A stretch of DNA of 64,000 nt from Candidatus Melainabacteria bacterium. Its GTDB lineage: Bacteria > Cyanobacteriota > Vampirovibrionia > Obscuribacterales > Obscuribacteraceae. Every line of letters starts with the position of its first letter. The first letter of the stretch is position 1. Made by a program: the position numbers and the translations under genes. Where the stretch lies: contig RXJR01000003.1 in the NCBI GenBank assembly GCA_003963305.1, positions 113,706-177,705 of the forward strand, written 5' to 3'. The notes under the pieces were generated by a model that did no database searches, was not told the DNA's origin, and saw nothing but the letters and a program-made list of their open reading frames with translations. Below, in pieces: positions 55,510 to 64,000 of the stretch.

Positions 55510-56958
55510 ATGCCAATTGATGCATCTATTGAAACTCGGCTGCGGTCGATTGTCGGCGACAAATATGTCTTGTCGTCTGCTGTAGACCTGGCTGTTTACG
55601 AATGCGATGCTGAAACCCTTGATATTGCCACACCTGACCTTGTTGTGTTGCCGAAATCCACTGATGAGGTGGCGGCTGTCATGGCACTGGCCTACGAGCA
55701 CAGAATTCCAGTCTCGGCACGTGGTGCTGGAACGGGTTTATCAGGTGGTGCCACCACTGTTATGGGTGGTATCAGTCTGGTGCTGTCGCGCATGAACAAA
55801 ATTTTGAGCATCGATGCAGTCGATCGAGTCGCAGTTGTGCAAGTGGGCGCCACCAATGTTTCTGTTTCGGAAGCGGCTCAGAGACACTCTCTCTACTTCG
55901 CACCAGATCCCTCCAGTCAAGCTGCCTCCACTATTGGTGGCAACATAGCAGAAAATTCCGGCGGACCTCATACGCTGAAATATGGAATGACGACCAATCA
56001 CGTCATGGGTTTGAAAGTAGTTCTGTCCAATGGAGAGGTGATTACACTGGGCGGCAGAAGCCGAACTAAGGAAGGACTGGATTTGCTTGGAGTCTTCATC
56101 GGATCGGAAGGTACAATCGGCATCGCCACAGAAGCGATCTTGAAATTGATTCCCAGGGCGCAAGCAGTTGAAACGATGCTGGCTTATTTCAATACTGTGG
56201 AAGCGGCTGGACAAGCTGTTTCTGATGTGATTGCATCAGGTGTGGTGCCTGCGGCTATGGAACTCGTGGATCAGTTGACGCTTAACGCGGTAGAAGATTC
56301 GTGGCACATGGGGCTAGATCGAAGCGCCGGTGCATTGCTGATTATCGAGTTGGACGGTCCACGCACCGGCATTACGATACAGCGCAAGAAAGTTGAGTCG
56401 TGTATCGGCACAAACAATGCTACATCTGTTCAATGGGCTAACGATGCCTATGAACGAGCCAAAATATGGAAGGCAAGGAAAAGCGCCTTCGGTGCACTGG
56501 GACGAATAGCTCCTCATGGATATGTGCTCGACGGGGTTATACCTCGTTCTAAATTGGCGCTTACCATCAGTGAAATAGCCAAGATCGCCGCGCAGTATAA
56601 TTTGACGATAGCTAATGTTTATCATGCTGGTGACGGTAATCTACATCCGTGCATTCTCTATCACAAAGATAACGCCGATGAAGTCAAACGTGTCGTTCAG
56701 GCAGGGCGTGACATACTCGAGCTGAGCGTCAGGCTGGGCGGAACGCTTTCCGGTGAGCATGGTATCGGTATCGAAAAGATTCTAGAGATGCCCACCGTAT
56801 TTAGCGAAGAGAGTCTTGAATCGATGCGCTGGGTGAAGCAGTCATTTGACCCTGAAAATATATGCAATCCGGGCAAAGTTATTCCCACGCCAAAGAGCTG
56901 TGGAGAATCTGGCGGTCGACCTTTGCTTCGCCACAAACTGCTCACTTCGGGCTGCTAA
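55510..56958 (+). CDS. FAD-binding oxidoreductase (GlcD / D-lactate dehydrogenase family)
   Basis: PCMH-type FAD-binding domain with VSARGAGTGLSGGA. C-terminal FAD-oxidase_C-like GEHGIGIEK. No glcE/glcF adjacent, so the subunit name is withheld. Confidence 0.85.
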   Translation: MPIDASIETRLRSIVGDKYVLSSAVDLAVYECDAETLDIATPDLVVLPKSTDEVAAVMALAYEHRIPVSARGAGTGLSGGATTVMGGISLVLSRMNKILSIDAVDRVAVVQVGATNVSVSEAAQRHSLYFAPDPSSQAASTIGGNIAENSGGPHTLKYGMTTNHVMGLKVVLSNGEVITLGGRSRTKEGLDLLGVFIGSEGTIGIATEAILKLIPRAQAVETMLAYFNTVEAAGQAVSDVIASGVVPAAMELVDQLTLNAVEDSWHMGLDRSAGALLIIELDGPRTGITIQRKKVESCIGTNNATSVQWANDAYERAKIWKARKSAFGALGRIAPHGYVLDGVIPRSKLALTISEIAKIAAQYNLTIANVYHAGDGNLHPCILYHKDNADEVKRVVQAGRDILELSVRLGGTLSGEHGIGIEKILEMPTVFSEESLESMRWVKQSFDPENICNPGKVIPTPKSCGESGGRPLLRHKLLTSGC

Positions 56959-57183
56959 TTTGCCTGTTGGTAGATATCGATGAGATGTGCTTTGGCGCTC
57001 AGACTGGATTGCAATCAGGCGCGGCGATAACGGCGAAAATTGAGTCTATTTCGACGTTTCCGAGATTAATTATCGGTGAAATTATCGGTCTTTAGGGGTA
57101 TGATCCCGAATGTGAGACTTATTGCAGGCGTGTGTACCGTTTTTACTTCAAAACTCAGTCTGGCCCCTTCTGGAGGATATTGA

Positions 57184-58917
57184 TTGCACGGCAAAGTTGA
57201 TCTCGCCAAATCTAAAGGACTGAAAAAATCGGAAATTAGGCAACTTAATCGTCTGCTGACGCAGCGTATTCCTGCGGATAAGATTCTCACTATCGAATTG
57301 GCCGACTCGGTCGCTGAACTTTCAAATTCAATCGGACAACCTGTTTCTCTAGTGGTCAACCGCAGAGGGCAGGTCGTAAATGTTACTGTCGGTCAGCCGT
57401 CAGATGTGAACATGCCTGAGCTGAGAGGGGTGCGGGTCGGACCAGGAAGGCTCTGCGGGCATCGCATCATTCACACTCATCTTGCCAAAGTCAGTGCCGG
57501 TGATGAGAAGAATGGCGTCGGTCCGAACAAAGAAAGTCTGCAATGTCTGGCTAGAAATCGCCTCGATCTGTTAGCTCAAATCGAGGTCAACCCGCAAGGC
57601 ACGTTCAGCCGCTCTCGTGGCGAACACGCCAAGATGGCTGATGTCATTCATATTGCTCATCTGATGCCGGGACGAGACAGTGAAGGAAAAATTTGGAAGC
57701 TTCTCGAACCTGAAACTGCAAGAAGAGCGCAGGAAGAAAGTTTCGAAGCTCTGATCGGTGCTCTTGAAGATGAGTTCCGTAAAGTCGCTCCAGGCTTGCC
57801 TGTGGCGGAGGGCGAAGAGCGTGCAGTTCTCGTCGGGCTCGTTACCGACGGAGAAAATTCGTGGCAGGTTGAAGACGACTTAGATGAGCTGGCACAACTG
57901 GCGCGCACCGCCGGTGCTACCGTTTGCGAGCGTCTGACTCAGACTCGTCCGCAACCTGATCCTCGTTATTTCCTTGGCTCGGGCAAGGTTCAAGAACTGG
58001 CTCTAATGGTGCAGGAGATGGGAGCAAATCTCGTCATCGTCGATCAGGAGCTCACGCCTAATCAACAGCGCACTCTGGAAGAAGTTGTAGGTGTGAAAGT
58101 CATCGACCGCACCGAGCTTATCCTGGATATATTTGCGCAGCGCGCTCAGACTAGAGAAGGTAAATTGCAGGTCGAACTGGCGCAACTCAAGTATCTATTG
58201 CCCAGGCTGATCGGAAAGGGGTTGACTCTGAGCCGATTGGGAGGCGGTATTGCCACAAGAGGTCCGGGTGAAACGAAACTTGAAATCGATCGCCGCCGCA
58301 TTCGTGAACGCATCAATTCATTAGAGAAAGAAACCGAACGCATTCGCTCTCATCGCGATACCCAGAGGCGCCGCCGCAACGACGATAATCTGCCGGTTGT
58401 ATCTCTTACAGGCTATACGAACTCGGGCAAATCGACTTTGCTCAATGCTATGACGAAGTCGAATGTGAATGTGGAAGACAAACTGTTTGCCACCTTGGAC
58501 CCGACCACAAGGCGCACGACCTTGCCTGACCATAGCCCCGTCTTGCTTACCGACACCGTAGGATTTATCAAAAAACTGCCTACTTCCCTGGTTGCTGCTT
58601 TTCGGGCAACACTCGAGGAGGTGGCAGTGGCCGATGTTCTGGTGCACGTGGTCGATGCCAGCCATCCCAACGTATCGGAGCATATAGCCAGTGTTTACGA
58701 TGTTCTGAGTGAACTTGGTGCAGTCGACAAACCATTGATTACTGTGCTGAACAAAGCTGACATCGTGCGCAAGGAAGATTTGAAGTACCTGATTGGTCAG
58801 GTGCCCAACCCTGTAATCGTTTCAGCCACTAAGCGAGTGGGACTGGGCAGCTTGCTGACAACTGTCCAGGAAGTTTTACAGGAAGTCTGTCCGACTCGCC
58901 AGAAGTTCAGTGCCTGA
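57184..58917 (+). CDS. hflX: GTPase HflX with N-terminal extension of about 215 aa
   Basis: G1 GYTNSGKSTLLNAMT, G3 LTDTVGFI, G4 VLNKADI. HflX N-domain starts near ERAVLVGL. TTG start is supported by GGAGG at 57172-57176 with a 7-nt spacer. Confidence 0.9.
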   Translation: MHGKVDLAKSKGLKKSEIRQLNRLLTQRIPADKILTIELADSVAELSNSIGQPVSLVVNRRGQVVNVTVGQPSDVNMPELRGVRVGPGRLCGHRIIHTHLAKVSAGDEKNGVGPNKESLQCLARNRLDLLAQIEVNPQGTFSRSRGEHAKMADVIHIAHLMPGRDSEGKIWKLLEPETARRAQEESFEALIGALEDEFRKVAPGLPVAEGEERAVLVGLVTDGENSWQVEDDLDELAQLARTAGATVCERLTQTRPQPDPRYFLGSGKVQELALMVQEMGANLVIVDQELTPNQQRTLEEVVGVKVIDRTELILDIFAQRAQTREGKLQVELAQLKYLLPRLIGKGLTLSRLGGGIATRGPGETKLEIDRRRIRERINSLEKETERIRSHRDTQRRRRNDDNLPVVSLTGYTNSGKSTLLNAMTKSNVNVEDKLFATLDPTTRRTTLPDHSPVLLTDTVGFIKKLPTSLVAAFRATLEEVAVADVLVHVVDASHPNVSEHIASVYDVLSELGAVDKPLITVLNKADIVRKEDLKYLIGQVPNPVIVSATKRVGLGSLLTTVQEVLQEVCPTRQKFSA

Positions 58918-59191
58918 AGCAGGGTAGGGGTTTAACTTGACGCCCGACTTGATTAAGGGACGCTAAATATTTGACATCTGCGGGCGGCCGAGAGCTATAG
59001 TGTTTGTAGCTAAGGAGCGCGGGTCGTAGCACCCCGTAGAAGCAAAGAAGAAGAAATTCCCATTTGATTGAAACACCCAACAACACCGCGTCAACAGCGT
59101 GTTGAAGGGAGCGAATTGAGTACTGCCAGACCCATTTCGTGGTGTTACAGGCGGTGCGAAAGCTCGCGTCTCCCAGCCCACCTTTACGCCA

Positions 59192-59228
59192 CCCCTGGCT
59201 ACATGCCAGGGGGGCATTTGATTTTTTA
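59192..59228 (+). terminator. Intrinsic terminator-like hairpin (CCCCTGGC-tacat-GCCAGGGG + GGCATTTGATTTTTT)
   Basis: 8-bp GC-rich perfect stem, 5-nt loop and a T-rich tail, read directly. Lies 275 nt downstream of the hflX stop. Confidence 0.6.
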
Positions 59229-59311
59229 TAGCGAAAGGTCGTCAAATCGGGCTAAATGCACCTTAAAAGTGTTATTTTAGCTTGATGTAACCAGCAAAAA
59301 GAGTAAACGGA

Positions 59312-60643
59312 ATGGTTTGGGAAGAACTGCATCAGTCAGGAGTAGAAGCGCTAGAGCGGGGCGAGTATTCCGAGGCTGAAAGGTATTTGCAAAAAGCCGT
59401 TGCCGAGGCCGGCAAAGATCAGGCAAATGTTGCTACGACTCTGTATTCGCTTGGACAAGTGCATGCCCATCTGCAGGACTATCCTAAAGCCGAAGCGGAA
59501 CTGACACGCGCCCTGGCAATTCGCGGCAAGGTCTTAGGGCTAGAGCATCCTGAAGTCGCTCGCGTCATCGACGAACTGGGTCTCGTTTACTTTAATGAGC
59601 AGAAATATTCTCAGGCCGAGCCCCTCTTGAGACGCGGTCTGGAGATGCGTAAGAAGTTGTTGGGCGACAAACACCCCGATGTTGCTGACAGCATGGTTTC
59701 TCTGGCTACTTTGTGTGAGTCGGAAAAGAACTTGCAGGAAGCTGAGACTCTGTTGCAACAGGCTCTATTGATTCAAGAAGAAAGTCTTGGACCCGACGAT
59801 GTCAGACTTGCGCCGACTCTAGGTTTACTCTCTGTTCATGCTTTCAACAAGAAAGATTATCGCAAGGCAGAAGAGCTGGCTAAATGGGGTCTGACAATCC
59901 GTGAGAATGGTCTGGGGCAGCACCATCCAGACGTGGCTATGAGTTTGCATGTGCTGGCTATGATCGCACTCACTCAACATGATTTTGTTAAGGCCGAGGC
60001 TTGCTATCGGCGTGCCCTGGCGATTCGTGAACGCACCTTGCCGCCCAGTCATTCTGGAATCGTCAGTGTATTGAAGAATCTTGGCATTACCTATTACTTG
60101 CAAGCTAAGTATGTGCAAGCTGAGGAGGTTTACAGCCAGCTTGAGGGAATTGCTGAAATTGCCGCCAATACAGCAGATATGTTGCTTTCATGGCGTCAGC
60201 GTAGTTGGATTCGACTGCGCGAGCGTAAATTCAAAGAATGCGAGAAATTCACCGTTACAGCTTTGCAGCGTATGAAAGATCTCGACATTCAAGACAAAGA
60301 GACCACTGATAGTCTCAATTTGAGTTTATTCTCCTGCTACGTGGCACAGAAAAATTTTGTCAAAGCTGCGCAAACTTTGCCGACGACGGCTATCACCATG
60401 GGCAAACGCTTGCTCAAGAAGAACTCGAAAAATTCGGCGAAGGATGCAGAGGCAGGCGCTAAGAAAAACGCTGAACCAAAAGTGAAAGAGAAAAAGCCTG
60501 CCAAAAAAAGCAGCAAACAGATCAAAGATGAGATGAAGAGAGCTCTTGATGAGGAAGATGGCGAACTCCTCGAACAGCCGGATCTTAAGAAAAACAGCTC
60601 CAAAAAGAATGGAAAGGCAAAGCGTGCCAAAGTAATAAAATAG
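59312..60643 (+). CDS. TPR protein (kinesin-light-chain-like 42-aa TPR_12 repeats) with Lys-rich C-terminal tail
   Basis: Repeats of the type ...KAEELAKWGLTIRENGLGQHHPDVAMSLHVLA... The tail reads KKNSKNSAKDAEAGAKKNAEPKVKEKKPAKKSSKQIK...KKNGKAKRAKVIK. Confidence 0.8.
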   Translation: MVWEELHQSGVEALERGEYSEAERYLQKAVAEAGKDQANVATTLYSLGQVHAHLQDYPKAEAELTRALAIRGKVLGLEHPEVARVIDELGLVYFNEQKYSQAEPLLRRGLEMRKKLLGDKHPDVADSMVSLATLCESEKNLQEAETLLQQALLIQEESLGPDDVRLAPTLGLLSVHAFNKKDYRKAEELAKWGLTIRENGLGQHHPDVAMSLHVLAMIALTQHDFVKAEACYRRALAIRERTLPPSHSGIVSVLKNLGITYYLQAKYVQAEEVYSQLEGIAEIAANTADMLLSWRQRSWIRLRERKFKECEKFTVTALQRMKDLDIQDKETTDSLNLSLFSCYVAQKNFVKAAQTLPTTAITMGKRLLKKNSKNSAKDAEAGAKKNAEPKVKEKKPAKKSSKQIKDEMKRALDEEDGELLEQPDLKKNSSKKNGKAKRAKVIK

Positions 60644-60663
60644 ACGACAAGCGGAGTAGCAAG

Positions 60664-61857
60664 ATGTCCTGGCAAAAGAGTAAGAGCGAGGCTCATGACG
60701 CCTTCACCAACGGTCGCTACATCGATGCAATTCGCCTCTATCAGAATGCTATTGCTCAGATCGAAGAAACCGAGCAGCCTGACGCGCTGGGAACTGTATA
60801 TGGTGCTCTCGCCGAGTCTTTATTCAAGCAGGGAAGATTTGACGAAGCTGAGGAAGCATTTAAGAAGGCAATTGAGTACCAACAAGGTGACTCAGGTGAA
60901 TTGCCCGAAACGCTGGAGTCGGCCGTTTTATTGACGAACTTCGGTGCTTTCTATGCGGACCGACAAAATTTTGAAGAGTCCGACCGCATGTTGAGCAAGG
61001 CTCTGTCTATGAAGAAAAATCTTGGCGCCGACGAGCTTTCGATTTCCAAAACGCTGACTGAAATCGGCATACTCAAGCTAGATCAAGATAAGTTCAAAGA
61101 AGCTGAGCCGATGCTCAGTCAGGTGTTGGGCATCCAGGAGCGTGAACTGGGAAAGGATGATGTTGCCTACGCTGAGAGCTTGAACAATCTGGCTGTTTTG
61201 CACTCCAAGAAGAAGAATTATGCTCTCGCCGAACCTCTCTGTAAACGCGCACTGAAAATTCGTGAGAACAAGCTAGGGCTCGAGCATCCTGCCGTAGCCG
61301 AGAGTCTGCATAATCTGGGCGTGCAATATTTGAAACAGGGCAGAGCCGACAAGGCAGAGCCTCTGTGGCGCCGTGCTCTGACTATACAGGAGCAGACCTA
61401 TACTGCCGATCATCCGCGTCTCGTCCTTACACTCAACCACCTGGCCAGTGCCTGTCTCAGTCTCGGTAAGTTTGACGATGCAATTGAGTTTTACAAACGT
61501 GCGCTGGATATATCGGAGCGCACCGGCGGCGGTGATAAGCATAACTTGATGAACAGCGTTGCCGGACTGGGCATGACTTATCTGAGAAGTGCGAAATTCA
61601 AAGAAGCCGAGCCCTATATCAAGAGATCGCTCGATATGCTCGACGAAGTCGAAGAGGACCATGGTACTCTCGAACATGGCTATTTGAATGAACTTTTCAC
61701 GTGCTACATCTTCCAGGGCAAATTTGGTGATGCACTCAGTTTAGTGCCTGATACTATGCGAGCAAGCCATACGACTCAGGTCAACGAAGTTCTCGACACT
61801 TTTATAAAGGTCGGTAAGTTCGCAAACAAGTTGTTCGATAAGAGCGATGAGAGCTAA
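60664..61857 (+). CDS. TPR protein (TPR_12-type repeats), paralog-like neighbour
   Basis: Repeats such as AEPLCKRALKIRENKLGLEHPAVAESLHNLGVQY. 397 aa. Confidence 0.8.
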   Translation: MSWQKSKSEAHDAFTNGRYIDAIRLYQNAIAQIEETEQPDALGTVYGALAESLFKQGRFDEAEEAFKKAIEYQQGDSGELPETLESAVLLTNFGAFYADRQNFEESDRMLSKALSMKKNLGADELSISKTLTEIGILKLDQDKFKEAEPMLSQVLGIQERELGKDDVAYAESLNNLAVLHSKKKNYALAEPLCKRALKIRENKLGLEHPAVAESLHNLGVQYLKQGRADKAEPLWRRALTIQEQTYTADHPRLVLTLNHLASACLSLGKFDDAIEFYKRALDISERTGGGDKHNLMNSVAGLGMTYLRSAKFKEAEPYIKRSLDMLDEVEEDHGTLEHGYLNELFTCYIFQGKFGDALSLVPDTMRASHTTQVNEVLDTFIKVGKFANKLFDKSDES

Positions 61858-62347
61858 TCGTCCTCGCCTACATTTGCCGATGTCGCTTACGGAGTGGGCA
61901 CTGCAAGCGGTTACGTTTTCACTTGTATGCGGTACTGCTGCTATCGTTGCCTACTACTGGCCAACTTTGCCGGAACGAGTCGTAGTTCACTTCGACATTC
62001 TAGGACGCCCGGACGGATATGGTTCCAAGAACACTTTGTTGTTCCTCTGTGGCGTAAACGTATTCAATTTTCTGTTGATGAGCGTGTTGAGCCGATTCCC
62101 TCACACGTTCAATTACTTGCGACCAATAACTGAGAAAAATGCAGCAAGCCAATATTTACTGGCCAGGAAATTTATCTACGTTATGAATTTGGAAGTGACC
62201 GGCATTATGTTTTTTGCCATCTGGAGTTGCATTCAGGTATCGATTGGTGCCGCTCAAACTCTTGATTCAGGCAGCATGATGACTTTACTAGCGGCCGTCT
62301 TTATCTCAACGGCTATTTACATGTTCAGAACCAGCCGAGCGCAGTGA
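61847..62347 (+). CDS. DUF1648-like membrane protein
   Basis: YYWPTLPERVVVHFDILGRPDGYG after the first TM helix, with 4 hydrophobic helices. The start may instead be the internal Met near 61880. Confidence 0.6.
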   Translation: MRANRPRLHLPMSLTEWALQAVTFSLVCGTAAIVAYYWPTLPERVVVHFDILGRPDGYGSKNTLLFLCGVNVFNFLLMSVLSRFPHTFNYLRPITEKNAASQYLLARKFIYVMNLEVTGIMFFAIWSCIQVSIGAAQTLDSGSMMTLLAAVFISTAIYMFRTSRAQ

Positions 62348-62521
62348 TTGGTACTCGACATCTGATTACTTTTCAATATTGTTCAAAAGCGGCTTGGACT
62401 GTGCCTCCTCTTGAAAATATAAAGTGAGAGTAATAAATAAGTAGCCACCTACTGCACATTGAGCTACGATGTTGGGGCGGTTAGACAGCGCGGTTAATCT
62501 GTCGGCAACAGGAGAACCCCT

Positions 62522-63382
62522 ATGTACATTCGCGTTGGCTATGAAATGGTATTTGATTTTCCAAATCCAACGGCGATGATTTTCCTTTTGCATCTGTTGC
62601 CCTCACGCGCCGGTGACCTCTGTCACCCCGATGAGCTGAAAATCACGCCCAATGTTCCAATTTCAGAATTTACAGATTGGTTTGGCAATCGCTGCGCCCG
62701 CATCGTAGCTCCGGCGGGCAAACTGACAATTACAAGCGATACGATCGTAAAAGATAGCGGGGTTCCGGACCCCGCAGTACTTGATGCCGTGCAACATCCG
62801 GTCGAGGAACTGCCTCCCGAGTGTTTACAATTTTTGCTTCCCAGTCGCTATTGCGAAGTCGACAAACTAGGCGATGCCGCCTGGGAGTTATTTGGCAACT
62901 TGCCGCCCGGTTGGGCTCGTGCTCAGGCTGTTTGCGATTGGGTTTTCGATAACGTCAAATTTGGTTATCAGTTCGCCAATGCCACCAAAGGTGCATACGA
63001 GGTTTATCAAGATCGCAAGGGCGTGTGCAGAGACTTCACGCATCTGGCTGTGACGTTTTGTCGAGCCCTGAACATTCCTGCCCGCTATGCTACAGGTTAT
63101 CTGGGTGACATCGGAGTTTCAGTTGATTCACCAATGGATTTTAGCGCCTGCTTCCAGTGCTACCTGGGCGGAAAATGGCACACTTTTGACGCCAGGCATA
63201 ACGTGCGAAGAATCGGTTGGATACTAGTTGCCACCGGACGCGATGCTGCAGATTGTGCCATTACGACTTCATTTGGACCACACACCCTGGACAAATTTCT
63301 TGTCTGGGCTGATGAAGTGCCGACCGATGAATTGATCATGCCGCGGCCTTTAGATCCGCGTCTTGCAGCGGCAGGTTTTTAG
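62522..63382 (+). CDS. Transglutaminase-like family protein (N-terminal bacterial TGase-like region + core)
   Basis: Catalytic Cys context GVCRDFTHLAVTFCRALNIPARYATGY. Downstream His/Asp region WHTFDARHN. AGGAG lies upstream of the ATG. Confidence 0.85.
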   Translation: MYIRVGYEMVFDFPNPTAMIFLLHLLPSRAGDLCHPDELKITPNVPISEFTDWFGNRCARIVAPAGKLTITSDTIVKDSGVPDPAVLDAVQHPVEELPPECLQFLLPSRYCEVDKLGDAAWELFGNLPPGWARAQAVCDWVFDNVKFGYQFANATKGAYEVYQDRKGVCRDFTHLAVTFCRALNIPARYATGYLGDIGVSVDSPMDFSACFQCYLGGKWHTFDARHNVRRIGWILVATGRDAADCAITTSFGPHTLDKFLVWADEVPTDELIMPRPLDPRLAAAGF

Positions 63383-63404
63383 TCTCTGGCACTGTATCCG
63401 GTGC

Positions 63405-64000
63405 TCAGCTTTTTAATTTGACGACTTCAACCGGACAGGGCGCATGCAAAACGACCTCCTGAGAGACGCTGCCCATAAAAAAGCGTTTCAAGTGACCACG
63501 CTGGCGAGATCCCATGACGATTAAGCCGGCCTCCATCGCGTTTGCCATTGACAAGATCGCGTCAACGGGCTGACCTTCGCGCAACTCGATGTTGACTTTG
63601 CCGATGCCGATTTTTTCTTCTAACTGATTGGCGTAGTCTTCGAGCAGCTTGGTGGCGGAATCTCGAAGTCTGTCTATTTCGATCGATTCAGCCTGCGCAT
63701 AAAGTGCGTCTACACCTGATGCTTGAATATCATCTGGTACTGCAATGACTGATAGCAGGGTAAAGCGTGCATCGTCATTCCAGGGCAGATTTAGAATCCA
63801 ATCCATGGCATTTTTAGAATCTTTCGTGTCGTCGAGTGCGACGAGGATATCGTTATCGAAACTCGGGCTGCCAGTGTGTGCATGTTGGTATCGCGCAATT
63901 AAGGTCGAACAGTGCCCATGCAGCAAAATATTTTGCGAGACGCTTCCCAGAAAAAGCCTGGCCACTCCGTGGCGTCCATGTGAACCTACTACAATCAGAT
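63405..64000 (-). CDS. Universal stress protein (tandem Usp domains), 5'-truncated by the window edge
   Basis: C-terminal Usp motif [32 protein letters not shown]. The frame stays open beyond 63965 and reads [21 protein letters not shown], the end of a first Usp domain, so the gene continues past 64000. Confidence 0.85.
   Translation of the reverse strand, partial: LIVVGSHGRHGVARLFLGSVSQNILLHGHCSTLIARYQHAHTGSPSFDNDILVALDDTKDSKNAMDWILNLPWNDDARFTLLSVIAVPDDIQASGVDALYAQAESIEIDRLRDSATKLLEDYANQLEEKIGIGKVNIELREGQPVDAILSMANAMEAGLIVMGSRQRGHLKRFFMGSVSQEVVLHAPCPVEVVKLKS

Noticed and set aside
58907-59245. Minus-strand ORFs of 112 and 84 aa in the hflX-downstream gap
   Set aside because: No Shine-Dalgarno support and Trp/Cys/Arg-rich products. 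They read through the plus-strand terminator hairpin. The region is better explained as non-coding.
1-64000. Mobile elements, prophage, genomic island boundaries, tRNA/rRNA genes
   Set aside because: I saw no integrase, transposase, recombinase or phage structural motifs, no terminal inverted repeats, and no T-loop-like GGTTCGA(A/T)TCC outside coding regions. None can be supported from the sequence.

Overview
Dense, chromosomal-looking bacterial window with about 48 protein-coding genes on both strands and mostly short intergenic gaps. I recognised no rRNA, tRNA, CRISPR array, transposase, integrase or phage genes. All functional calls come from motif recognition in the supplied translations and from reading the DNA; no database or HMM search was run, and the taxon cannot be assigned from this sequence alone. 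Housekeeping anchors are nth, ispE, rsmA/ksgA, surE, dprA, tatD, hflX, a futalosine-pathway radical SAM enzyme, a GlcD-like FAD oxidase, a GH13 amylase-family enzyme and an acyl-AMP ligase. The accessory content is rich in TPR proteins (at least 7), including a signal-peptide-bearing TPR-CHAT giant. It also holds three tandem paralogous Ser/Thr kinases, a YbbA/YbbP-like ABC pair plus an AttH-like lipocalin, and several membrane or secreted hypotheticals. The candidates I rank highest for a previously undescribed system are two. (1) At 30631-33811, a two-gene operon with a TGATG stop/start overlap encodes a degenerate GGDEF-palm plus pseudokinase fusion protein and an orphan NurA-type nuclease. 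No HerA ATPase is nearby, and an XRE-HTH/zinc-ribbon gene lies divergent to it. (2) At 177-6195, a 1106-aa SF2 helicase with a predicted membrane hairpin lies 9 nt upstream of a HAMP-PAS histidine kinase and an OmpR-type regulator. Other observations worth a second look: a 17/18-bp stop-codon-rich tandem array that starts at the amylase stop codon, and an endonuclease III with a histone-H1-like tail built from ten 15-bp repeats. There is also a roughly 1000-residue disordered linker with 36-bp repeats and reiterated short motifs in kinase 1, and a CNNM gene whose first TM helix has no canonical in-frame start. A 394-bp promoter-to-terminator intergenic block after hflX may be an ncRNA.
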